Shown here piece by piece: positions 1 to 7,867 of a stretch of DNA of 30,230 nucleotides. The DNA comes from Candidatus Eiseniibacteriota bacterium (GTDB lineage: Bacteria > Joyebacterota > Joyebacteria > Joyebacterales > Joyebacteraceae). The first letter of the stretch is position 1, and each line of letters begins with the position of its first letter. Under the pieces are notes generated by a model. It had not been told where the DNA came from, did no database searches, and saw only the letters and a program-made list of their open reading frames with translations. The stretch lies in NCBI GenBank assembly GCA_043819135.1, contig JBDRFG010000090.1, positions 1 to 30,230 on the forward strand. Reading direction: 5' to 3'. The translations under genes were made by a program, and so were the position numbers.

Positions 1-129
1 CTTCCGTGTATGGTCCGCGGTCAGGCGTAAGAAGCGCCGATAGTCGTGTCGACTCAGTTGCGGTTCGGCGGGGCGAGGCGCCGGTCAGCAGGACACCAAT
101 AACAACGTTCGTGCATTGAATCCCATGAA

Positions 130-320
130 CCCTCGAGAGGAGGCGCCGGGTGATTGAGCAGAGACGACCGATACACTCGAGATCGCACCTCGAGGGCCCA
201 CCTTCGTAGCTAGTCCTTCTACTCAGCCAAGGTGTAAGCGTAACGGCCCCTCGTCAGTGCGGGGCCTGCAACTCGTTGCTGCCGATCTCGAGAGTGTATC
301 GGGTGACGGAGCACTCTGTC
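130..320 (+). promoter_or_regulatory. Structured 5' leader (candidate attenuator) upstream of the GNAT operon
   Basis: 168-185 (ccgatacactcgagatcg) pairs with 283-302 (cgatctcgagagtgtatcgg): 18 bp with a 2-nt bulge. The alternative pairing 147-156 with 169-179 is mutually exclusive with it. 130-137 (ccctcgag) pairs with 189-196 (ctcgaggg). Inner hairpins at 245-266 and 268-279. Confidence 0.5.
150..209 (+). CDS. Putative 19-aa leader peptide MIEQRRPIHSRSHLEGPPS
   Basis: SD GAGGAGG at 137-143, 6-nt spacer, GTG 150-152, TAG 207-209. Too short for the ORF track. Overlaps the 5' arm of the long inverted repeat. Confidence 0.45.
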   Translation: MIEQRRPIHSRSHLEGPPS

Positions 321-512
321 TTCCCGACGCACGGGCAGGCAGGACGGCGGGCAGGCTGGGTATTTCGAGCACTGCCCCCGCGGCAGGCAGACGGCCGAGC
401 CGACCGTCCGGACGCTGAAGGTAGATCGGTGCGAGGCGGAGCCGGCGAACATGACACTTGAACTCACGACTGAAGCGGGCGCCACGCCCTCGCGCGAGGG
501 GAAGAACAGAAC

Positions 513-698
513 ATGGAGTATCTGATCAGCGCACAGGACGAGAGCGACAGGCGGTACCAAGGCCTGCTCGACGTCTCGAACGCATCATGGCCGGACCCCG
601 AAAGGGCCGTTCTGGCAATCAGAGGAAGAAGCAAGAGTGTGAACGTGATACGCGTTCTCAACATCAAGATCAAGTTCGAGACCCAGCCTGCCCGCTAG
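513..698 (+). CDS. 61-aa GNAT-derived microprotein (N-terminus plus C-terminus of the downstream double-GNAT family)
   Basis: Residues 1-28 align without gaps to the start of 6412..7410 (13/28 identical, including SD..Y....DVSNA.WP). The C-terminal VLNIKIKFETQPAR matches GLNMQLGFEAQPAW (7/14). No acetyl-CoA motif. Confidence 0.6.
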   Translation: MEYLISAQDESDRRYQGLLDVSNASWPDPERAVLAIRGRSKSVNVIRVLNIKIKFETQPAR

Positions 699-736
699 GT
701 CAACCGAAAGGAACCGCGACGCGAGGATTGCTAATC

Positions 737-1711
737 ATGACGATACGACCGTTCAACTTCAGCGACACCGATTACCAGGCGCTAGCAGACATCTCAAACG
801 CCGTCTGGCCCGACAGGCCGAGCGTGCCGCAGGCCACCAAGGAGAACGACAAGCGGCGCGACCCGAAGTACTACTTCCAGCGCCTGGTCGTGGAGAGCGG
901 CGGCGGAGTAATCGCAAGCGCCATCTACGGCGAGTCCGACTGGACTCACGTGCCCGGGAAATTCTTCATCAGTGTGCAGGTCCACCCGGACCACCAGAGG
1001 AAGGGGACCGGGACGGCGCTCTACGACCACATCATGAAGGACCTGGCGGAGCGCGGTCCCACGATCTTCGAGTCCCATGCCCGGGAGGACAGGTCTGAGG
1101 GGATGAGCTTCCTGGAGAAGCGCGGGTACAAGAAGACTCTGCGCGACCAGGTATCAGAGCTGGCGGTCGCCGACTTCACACCGGAGCCGTTCGCCTGGAC
1201 CGCGGACCTTACGGAGAAGACCGGGGTCGAGATACGGACCGTGGCGGAGCTTACGGCCGACGGGGTCGACTGGAAGCGTGACGTGTGGGAGCTCGAGTAC
1301 GAGCTGCTACAGGACGTTCCGACCGACGACCCGGTGACGAAGCAGCCGTTCGAGCGTTGGCTGGAATGGCTGACGCACCCGGCATATCTCCCGGAGGCGT
1401 TCTTCATTGCGATCAAGGACGGCAGGTTCGTCGGGATGACGAGCCTGTGGCAGTCCCTGGCCGAGAGGGACAAGCTCCACACGGAGCTGACGGCCGTCGT
1501 GAGGAGTCTGCGCCGGAAGGGGATAGCGACCGCGCTCAAGGTGCGCGCTATCGAGTTCGCGCGCGACCGCGGAGCCCGCGTTATCAGGACGGACAACGAG
1601 GAGAACAACCCGATGTACGACCTCAACGTCCGTCTCGGCTTCAGGCCCGTGCCGGCCTGGTGGACCTACAGGAAGGAACTCAATAATCCAAACGGAGACA
1701 CACGACCATGA
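737..1711 (+). CDS. Tandem (double-domain) GNAT N-acetyltransferase, paralog 1
   Basis: Start reassigned to ATG 737 (MTIRPF) by homology with paralogs. Motif A occurs twice: VHPDHQRKGTG and RRKGIA. C-terminal TDNEENNPMYDLN.RLGF. Confidence 0.92.
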   Translation: MTIRPFNFSDTDYQALADISNAVWPDRPSVPQATKENDKRRDPKYYFQRLVVESGGGVIASAIYGESDWTHVPGKFFISVQVHPDHQRKGTGTALYDHIMKDLAERGPTIFESHAREDRSEGMSFLEKRGYKKTLRDQVSELAVADFTPEPFAWTADLTEKTGVEIRTVAELTADGVDWKRDVWELEYELLQDVPTDDPVTKQPFERWLEWLTHPAYLPEAFFIAIKDGRFVGMTSLWQSLAERDKLHTELTAVVRSLRRKGIATALKVRAIEFARDRGARVIRTDNEENNPMYDLNVRLGFRPVPAWWTYRKELNNPNGDTRP

Positions 1712-2706
1712 TGACGATACGAAAGTTCAAGAAGATCGACGGCGACTACCGGGCAGTGCTCGACATATTGAATGCGCTGTGGCCGGACGAGAGGCAAGGA
1801 CTCTCCGAACTCAAGTACGAGGATGAAGCCCGCGACCCGAAGTACACGCATGAGCGGTACGTGGGGGAGGTGGACGGGAAGATCGTGGCGTCAGGCGTCT
1901 ACGCGCACTGCAACTGGAGCCACGTCCCGGGCAAGTACCTCGTGTCCGTCGATGTGCATCCTGACTACCAGAGACAGGGGCACGGTGGTCAGTTCTTCGA
2001 CTTCCTGATGGACGATCTCGGCAAGCGGGATGCCGACACGCTCGTCACCTGGACGCGCGATGACAAGCCCGACTATGCCAGCTTCATTACGAAGCGCGGG
2101 TTCGAATTCTCGATGCGCTACGCCGTGTCGCGGCTGGACGTCGAGGCGCTCGACCTGTCGGAGTTCGAATGGACGCCGGGCAAGATGAAGGAGCTCGGCG
2201 TGGAGATCCAGTGTCTGACGGAACTGGCCGAGATCGATCCGGAATGGAAGCGCGCATGGTACGACATCGCGTGGGAGCTCTTCCAGGATGTGCCGTCGGT
2301 CGACGAGGTCACGCGGCCCACGTTCGAGAACTGGTGCAAGCGATTCGAGAGCCCGGGCTACCGGATGAACCTTCACTGGTTCGCTCGTGACGGCGACCAG
2401 CTCGTGGGCTACACGGGCCTCTGGTTGTCCGAGGCCGACCCGGCGAAGATCTACACCGGTCTGACGGGTGTCGTGAGGAGCCACAGGCGGAAGGGAATCG
2501 CCACGGCGCTCAAGGTCCACGGGTTCTCACGCGCCAGGGAACTCGGCAAGAAGAGCATCGAGACGGACAACGAGGAGAAGAACCCGATGTTCGATCTCAA
2601 CATGCGGCTGGGCTTCAAGCCCGCTCCCGCGTGGACCGAGTACCGGCGCCCTTTCGCTGACGTGCCGGCCGAAAGCCAGGCCGTCGAGGCATCGGAGGGC
2701 GCATAG
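1708..2706 (+). CDS. Tandem GNAT N-acetyltransferase, paralog 2
   Basis: ATGA overlap with paralog 1. VHPDYQRQGHG and RRKGIATALK; TDNEEKNPMFDLN. Confidence 0.93.
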   Translation: MMTIRKFKKIDGDYRAVLDILNALWPDERQGLSELKYEDEARDPKYTHERYVGEVDGKIVASGVYAHCNWSHVPGKYLVSVDVHPDYQRQGHGGQFFDFLMDDLGKRDADTLVTWTRDDKPDYASFITKRGFEFSMRYAVSRLDVEALDLSEFEWTPGKMKELGVEIQCLTELAEIDPEWKRAWYDIAWELFQDVPSVDEVTRPTFENWCKRFESPGYRMNLHWFARDGDQLVGYTGLWLSEADPAKIYTGLTGVVRSHRRKGIATALKVHGFSRARELGKKSIETDNEEKNPMFDLNMRLGFKPAPAWTEYRRPFADVPAESQAVEASEGA

Positions 2707-2716
2707 AGGGAATACG

Positions 2717-3334
2717 ATGAAGCTGACGATGAGAGCGTACGAAGCGTCCGACTTCTGGAAGATTCGCGCGTTCCTGCGCGAGACCTTCCTCCTGAACGGT
2801 CGAGAGGAGACGAACTGGCAGGCGTACAGGTTCGAGTACTGGGTGTGGCACGGCGTCGCGAACCTCGACCAGGGTCCCTTGGAGGAGAAGGTCTTCCTCT
2901 GGGAGACGCCGGACGGCGCACTCGCCACGGTGCTCAACGCCGAGGGTAAGGGCGACAACAGGGCGGACGTCACCTGGTACCGTAGCATCCAGAAGGCGCC
3001 GCTCTACCGCCGCGACCTTGACATCGTCGCGGTCGCGCCTGACGGAGCGGTTGCATCGTTCTGCACTATCTGGTTCGATGACATCACGCTGACCGCCGCC
3101 TGCGAGCCCGTGGCCACGTCGCCCGCCCACCAGAGGAAGGGCCTCGCAAGGGCCTGCATCCACGAGGGTCTCAGGCGCGCGAAGGAGATGGGCGCGACCC
3201 TCGGGTTCGTCGGTTCGGGCGAAGAGGGTGCCCACCGGTGCTACGCTTCGGCGGGTTTCAAGGACTACAGTATCTCGAGGCAATGGGTCAAGGAGGTCCA
3301 GGATGCGCCAGGGGTTCGCAATCAGGCCGTTTGA
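2717..3334 (+). CDS. GNAT N-acetyltransferase of a different family, probably internally deleted
   Basis: SD GAGGG. One motif A (PVATSPAHQRKGLA) and a C-terminal YASAGF. Lacks TDNEENNPM. 3' end overlaps the next gene by 32 nt. Confidence 0.85.
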   Translation: MKLTMRAYEASDFWKIRAFLRETFLLNGREETNWQAYRFEYWVWHGVANLDQGPLEEKVFLWETPDGALATVLNAEGKGDNRADVTWYRSIQKAPLYRRDLDIVAVAPDGAVASFCTIWFDDITLTAACEPVATSPAHQRKGLARACIHEGLRRAKEMGATLGFVGSGEEGAHRCYASAGFKDYSISRQWVKEVQDAPGVRNQAV

Positions 3335-4280
3335 TGGTTCCGACGAGGACTACGAGGCCATCGTGGATGTCTGGAACGCCGCCTTTCCGGACGAGATCAC
3401 GAACGCGGAGACGCGGCGCCATCACGACGAGCACCTCCAGACGCAGTTCCTCTTCGAGCGGCTCATCGGCGAGATAGATGGGACGCCCGTCCTCAACGCG
3501 TACTACGGCGAGGACGAGTGGAGCCACTTCCCGGGCAAGTACAGGCTGGGCATTCAGGTCGTTCCAGAGTACCGCCGCATGGGGTTTGGGCGTGCCACGT
3601 ACGACTACATCTGGGACCGGATCAAGGACCGCAACCCGAAGCCGAAGGCTCTTGCAACCTACGCGCGCGAGGACGATCCCGACAGCATGCGTTTCGTCGA
3701 GAAGCGCGGGTTCAAGGTGGTGCAGCGCAACCAGTTCTCGAAGCTGGACGTGCGGTCGTTTGATCCGTCGCCCTTCGAAGGAACGCTCAAGCGTGTCGAT
3801 GAGTCCGAGGTGGACGTCCGCTCGTTCGGAGATCTGATGGCCGAGGATCCCGACGCGTTAAGAAAGGCCTACGAGGCCGGCTGGGAGTTTCTTCAGGATG
3901 TGCCGTTCCCGGACCCCATCCAGAAGATGCCTTTCGAGCAGTACATGGCCGAAGTAGAGGGGCCGTGGGGAATGCCGAAGTCGTGGTTCATCGCCGTCGA
4001 CCAGGGCCGTTACGTCGGGATGTCGCAGCTCTGGCTCATCCCGGCACAGCCGAGGCGCCTTCAGACCGGACTCACAGGCGTCTCGCGGACACACAGGCGC
4101 AGAGGTATCGCCACCGCGCTCAAGGTGCGGACGATATCGGGCGCCAGGGAGTCGGGCTTCGTGTCGATACGGACGGACAACGAGGAGAACAACCCGATGT
4201 ACTTCCTCAACGTCAAGCTGGGCTTCAAGCCGATACCTTCCTGGCTCGCGTACAAGAACGAGCTCAAGAAGAGGGACTGA
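3303..4280 (+). CDS. Tandem GNAT N-acetyltransferase, paralog 3
   Basis: SD AAGGAGG before ATG 3303 (MRQGFAIRPF). VVPEYRRMGFG and RRRGIATALK; TDNEENNPM. Confidence 0.92.
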   Translation: MRQGFAIRPFDGSDEDYEAIVDVWNAAFPDEITNAETRRHHDEHLQTQFLFERLIGEIDGTPVLNAYYGEDEWSHFPGKYRLGIQVVPEYRRMGFGRATYDYIWDRIKDRNPKPKALATYAREDDPDSMRFVEKRGFKVVQRNQFSKLDVRSFDPSPFEGTLKRVDESEVDVRSFGDLMAEDPDALRKAYEAGWEFLQDVPFPDPIQKMPFEQYMAEVEGPWGMPKSWFIAVDQGRYVGMSQLWLIPAQPRRLQTGLTGVSRTHRRRGIATALKVRTISGARESGFVSIRTDNEENNPMYFLNVKLGFKPIPSWLAYKNELKKRD

Positions 4281-4321
4281 CACCGACCCGCGGTTGGCGG
4301 GCGCCCCGCATCGGAGGATCG

Positions 4322-5359
4322 ATGAGCGCCACGAGAGGCCCGAAGGGGCTCACGATACGACCGTTCGACGGCAGCGACGCCGACTACGAGGCCACGGCCG
4401 CCATATGGACGGCCAACTGGCCGGACGAACCGAGTTCTCAGGAGGGCACGCGCTACGCCGACGCGACCCGCGAGAAGAAGTACTTCTTTCAGCGCTGGAT
4501 GGTAGAACTCGACGGAGAGATCGTGGCGACCGCCATTGCCAGCGAGCCGGAGTGGTGCTACGGGCCGGGGAAGTACGACATCCAGGTCCGCGTGCTGCCC
4601 GAGTTCCAGAAACGGGGTATCGGCGGAACGCTCTACGCTTACGTGATGGACCGCCTGAACGAACTGGAGCACAAGCCCGCCAACCTGCACGCCGACGCGC
4701 GTGAGGACCAGCCGCACTCCGTCAAGTTCCTGACGGACCGTGGGTTCGAGCAGAAGCAGCGGCAGCAGGTCTCGAGGCTGGACGTCGCCTCCTTCGACGC
4801 AGCGCCGTTCGCGGGGAGCATCAAGCGTTTCGAGGAGTCCGGCCTGACGATGAAGACTCTCGAGGAACTCGAGGCGGAGGACCCGGAGGGGAGACGCAAG
4901 GCATACGAGAAGTATGTGGAGCTATTCCAGGACGTGCCCATCTTCGAGGACCGCATCGAGATCTCATACGAGATGTTCGAGAGGGAGCTGGGGGCACCGA
5001 ACCGAATCCCGGGCGCGATTACCCTCGTGTTCGACGGTGATGAGATAGTCGGGACGACGAGTCTCTGGAAGCGTCTCGCCGACCCCGGGAACCTGGGCAC
5101 CGGTCTCACGGCGGTCGCGCGCAGTCACAGGCGCAGGGGCATCGCCACTGCGCTCAAGGTAGGAGCCATCGAGTTTGCGCGGAGCCTCGGCACGAGAGTC
5201 ATACAGACAGACAATGAGGAGAACAACCCGATGTACGACCTGAACGTGCGGCTCGGGTTCAGGCCGGTCCCGGCGTGGCTCATCTTCCAGAAGCTGCAGG
5301 GCGAGATGGCCGAAGCGGCCGGCTCGGATGCCGGTGTCGCCGCAGAGGAGACCAGTTGA
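4322..5359 (+). CDS. Tandem GNAT N-acetyltransferase, paralog 4
   Basis: SD GGAGG before ATG 4322. VLPEFQKRGIG and RRRGIATALK; TDNEENNPM. Confidence 0.92.
   Translation: MSATRGPKGLTIRPFDGSDADYEATAAIWTANWPDEPSSQEGTRYADATREKKYFFQRWMVELDGEIVATAIASEPEWCYGPGKYDIQVRVLPEFQKRGIGGTLYAYVMDRLNELEHKPANLHADAREDQPHSVKFLTDRGFEQKQRQQVSRLDVASFDAAPFAGSIKRFEESGLTMKTLEELEAEDPEGRRKAYEKYVELFQDVPIFEDRIEISYEMFERELGAPNRIPGAITLVFDGDEIVGTTSLWKRLADPGNLGTGLTAVARSHRRRGIATALKVGAIEFARSLGTRVIQTDNEENNPMYDLNVRLGFRPVPAWLIFQKLQGEMAEAAGSDAGVAAEETS
4375..4425 (+). repeat. 51-nt direct repeat, copy A (copy B at 5388-5438)
   Basis: 49/51 identical to 5388-5438. A second pair, 5216-5266 vs 6223-6273, is 50/51 identical. Confidence 0.9.
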
Positions 5360-6363
5360 AGCTGCGCATACGACCGATGAGCGAGTCCGACGCCGACTAC
5401 GCGGCCACGGCCGACATATGGACGGCCAACTGGCCGGAGTACCCGAAGACGGCGGAGATGTACCGCTACTCCGCCGAGACGCGCGACCCAATGAGCATCC
5501 TGGGACGACTCGTCGCGGAGGACGGCGACGGCATCGTGGCGACCGGGTACTTCCGCGAGGAGTCCGACAACGTGGCAGAGGGCAAATTCCTATTGTACAC
5601 GCAGGTTCATCCCGACCACCACGGCGTGGGCATCGGCGGCGCGCTCTTCGACGACCTGCTCGAGCACCTCGAGGTGCACTCTCCTAAGATCCTCTCGTCG
5701 TTCACGCGCGAGGACCACGAGGCCGGCGTCGCATTTCTCGAGAAGCGCGGGTTCCGTGTCGCCATGAAGGAACAGGATTCGGAGCTGGACCTCTCGACGT
5801 TCGACCCCGCGAAGTTCGTGGGTGTCGTCGAGAAGGTCCGCGAGTCGGGCATCGAGATTCTGCCGGCCTCCGAGCTTGCGAAGCGCGACCCGGGCTGGAT
5901 GACGAGGGCGTGGGAGCTCCACGGCGAGATCATCCCGGACGTGCCGGATGACGACGTGCTTACGAACGTGCCGTACGAGCAGTTCGATAAGAGTTTCAAG
6001 CACCCGGACTTCATTCCGGAAGGCTACTTCCTCGCGCTGGACGGTGACCGCTACGTCGGCATGAGCAGCGTCTGGAACAGGCGCGTCAAGAAGGGCGAGG
6101 TCTACACGCGGCTCACCGGCGTCGTCAGGAGCCACCGAAGACGCGGCATCGCGACCGCCCTCAAGATCCGCGCCCAGGAGTTCGCCAAGTCGATGGGCGC
6201 GCGTGTGGTCGTGACCGACAACGAGGAGAACAACCCGATGTACGACCTGAACGTGCAGCTCGGGTTCAGGCCGACGAAGGCCTGGCTCCAGTTCAGGAAG
6301 GAACTTGGTGCGACAAGGGACTCCGGCGCGACAGGAGGTCCCGGCCCGACCACTGACGAATAG
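5356..6363 (+). CDS. Tandem GNAT N-acetyltransferase, paralog 5
   Basis: SD GAGGAG at 5345-5350. TTG start overlaps the upstream TGA (TTGA). VHPDHHGVGIG and RRRGIATALK; TDNEENNPM. Confidence 0.92.
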   Translation: MKLRIRPMSESDADYAATADIWTANWPEYPKTAEMYRYSAETRDPMSILGRLVAEDGDGIVATGYFREESDNVAEGKFLLYTQVHPDHHGVGIGGALFDDLLEHLEVHSPKILSSFTREDHEAGVAFLEKRGFRVAMKEQDSELDLSTFDPAKFVGVVEKVRESGIEILPASELAKRDPGWMTRAWELHGEIIPDVPDDDVLTNVPYEQFDKSFKHPDFIPEGYFLALDGDRYVGMSSVWNRRVKKGEVYTRLTGVVRSHRRRGIATALKIRAQEFAKSMGARVVVTDNEENNPMYDLNVQLGFRPTKAWLQFRKELGATRDSGATGGPGPTTDE

Positions 6364-6411
6364 CACACACACGTCGCGCGTAGTTAAGGCGTGGCGTCGG
6401 AGGACAGCACA

Positions 6412-7410
6412 GTGACATTCAAGATACGACCATTCGACAAGTCCGACGAGGACTACCGGGCGGCGGTCGACGTGTCAAACGCCAACTGGCCGGAAGAGCT
6501 TGCCGCGCCGGAGAGCTGGCAACACCGAGACAAGCACCGCGACGAGAAGTACCTGTTCGGGCGCGTTGTGGGGGAGGTGGACGGCAAGGTAGCCGCATAC
6601 TCGAGCTACGGCGAGAGCTCCTGGGCCCACGTCGCCGGCAAGTATTTCATCCACATCGAGGTGCACCCGGACCACCAGCGGAACGGTTACGGTGCGGCCA
6701 TCTACGATCACGTCACGGGACTCCTGGCTGAGCGCGACCCGCTCTTTTTCACTGCCGACACTCGCGAGGACAAGCCGGACTTCATCCGCTTCCTGACGAA
6801 GCACGGATTCGAGCAGACCATGCGCTATCCGGTGTCGCACCTGAACCCTCAGACCTTCGACTTCTCGAAGTTCGACGGCGTCGAGGGGCGCGTGAAGGAG
6901 CATGGCATCGAGATAGTCAACGTGCCCGACCTGCCCGCGCGCGACCCCGACTGGAAGCGGAACTGGTACGAGCTCGAGCAAGAGTGCTGGATGGACGTGC
7001 CGCTTCCCGAGCCGCCGACCAGGGGCAGCTACGAGGAATTCGAGTCGCGCTTCGATTCACCCAACTACGACGCGAGGGCGCACTTCATCGCCATCGACGG
7101 CGACCGCTACGTGGGAATGACCGGTTTCTGGACGTCGCCGGTCGAGAAGCACAAACTCTATACCGGACTGACCGGCGTGATCAGAAGCCACAGGCGGAAA
7201 GGCATTGCCACCGCACTCAAGGTCAGCGGCGCCAGGTACGCGCGCGACTACGGGGCGACCATCGTCGAGACCGACAATGAGGAGAACAACCCGATGTTCG
7301 GCCTCAACATGCAGCTGGGGTTCGAGGCGCAGCCCGCGTGGATCGACTTCCGGAAGGTGCTGAGGGAGCCGCGCGAGGGCGAGACGATCCCGGAGGTCAA
7401 GGAGCGTTAA
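6412..7410 (+). CDS. Tandem GNAT N-acetyltransferase, paralog 6
   Basis: SD GGAGGA at 6399-6404 and GTG 6412 (MTFKIRPF); alternative start 6391. VHPDHQRNGYG and RRKGIATALK; TDNEENNPM. Confidence 0.92.
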   Translation: MTFKIRPFDKSDEDYRAAVDVSNANWPEELAAPESWQHRDKHRDEKYLFGRVVGEVDGKVAAYSSYGESSWAHVAGKYFIHIEVHPDHQRNGYGAAIYDHVTGLLAERDPLFFTADTREDKPDFIRFLTKHGFEQTMRYPVSHLNPQTFDFSKFDGVEGRVKEHGIEIVNVPDLPARDPDWKRNWYELEQECWMDVPLPEPPTRGSYEEFESRFDSPNYDARAHFIAIDGDRYVGMTGFWTSPVEKHKLYTGLTGVIRSHRRKGIATALKVSGARYARDYGATIVETDNEENNPMFGLNMQLGFEAQPAWIDFRKVLREPREGETIPEVKER

Positions 7411-7432
7411 CCTGTCAGGGAGGAAGGACGTC

Positions 7433-7828
7433 ATGCGGATGCAGAAACACGTCACACTGCTGGGAGTGCTCTTCATCGCCTACCACGTTCTGGGGCTCAT
7501 CGTCGGCATCTTCATAATGGCGTTGCTGTCGACCATCGGTTGTCTGACACACGACCCGCAGGCCGTTGCCATTCTGACCACCATCGGAGTTGGCATCGGC
7601 ATGTTTCTGGTCGTCCTGTCGGTCCCGGGGCTCATCGCCGGCATCGGGCTTCTGAGGCGCAAGAGCTGGTCGCGCATCCTCTCACTCATCGTGGGCGCGT
7701 TCGATCTCATCGACATCCCGTTCGGCACCGCGCTCGGCGCCTACAGCTTCTGGGTCCTGCTGCAGGACGACACGCTGCAGGTCTTCGGCCAGGGCGGTGT
7801 CAAGGTGGGCGGGGGCTGCTCGGGATAG
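7433..7828 (+). CDS. Small integral membrane protein (about 3-4 TM), unknown function
   Basis: SD GGAGGA. Long hydrophobic segments, GLLRRKSWSRIL loop and a PFGTALG motif. Confidence 0.8.
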   Translation: MRMQKHVTLLGVLFIAYHVLGLIVGIFIMALLSTIGCLTHDPQAVAILTTIGVGIGMFLVVLSVPGLIAGIGLLRRKSWSRILSLIVGAFDLIDIPFGTALGAYSFWVLLQDDTLQVFGQGGVKVGGGCSG

Positions 7829-7867
7829 GACGACTCGGCCCGGCGAGAGCCGGCACCAGGGGGATCC

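Noticed and set aside
104..250. Partial resemblance to 6S RNA (gttcgtg, tgaacc, gggcccacct)
   Set aside because: The complementary 3' segments needed for the 6S rod (a ggttca partner and a closing stem) are missing. An Rfam scan would settle it.
168..302. Retron msr-msd-like inverted repeat
   Set aside because: No reverse transcriptase in the window; sequence upstream of position 1 cannot be assessed.
137..385. Lysine riboswitch-like start (ggaggcgc...gagca) and cobalamin-like actgcccccgc
   Set aside because: Other core elements are missing (GAAAGG/GCCGAA for lysine; GGGAA and the B12 box for cobalamin).
451..525. Second small ORF MTLELTTEAGATPSREGKNRTWSI
   Set aside because: Weak SD spacing, overlaps the better-supported 513 ORF, and has no recognisable features.
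458..736. Long N-terminal extensions in the ORF track (starts 458, 3228, 3965, 5275, 16422, 16473, 17702, 28938)
   Set aside because: Downstream starts have SD sequences and match family N-termini; several of the extensions overlap other genes or promoters.
737..7410. GNAT toxin-antitoxin modules or DGR-type diversification
   Set aside because: No RHH/DUF1778 antitoxins, the proteins are double-domain, and there is no reverse transcriptase or non-coding template repeat.
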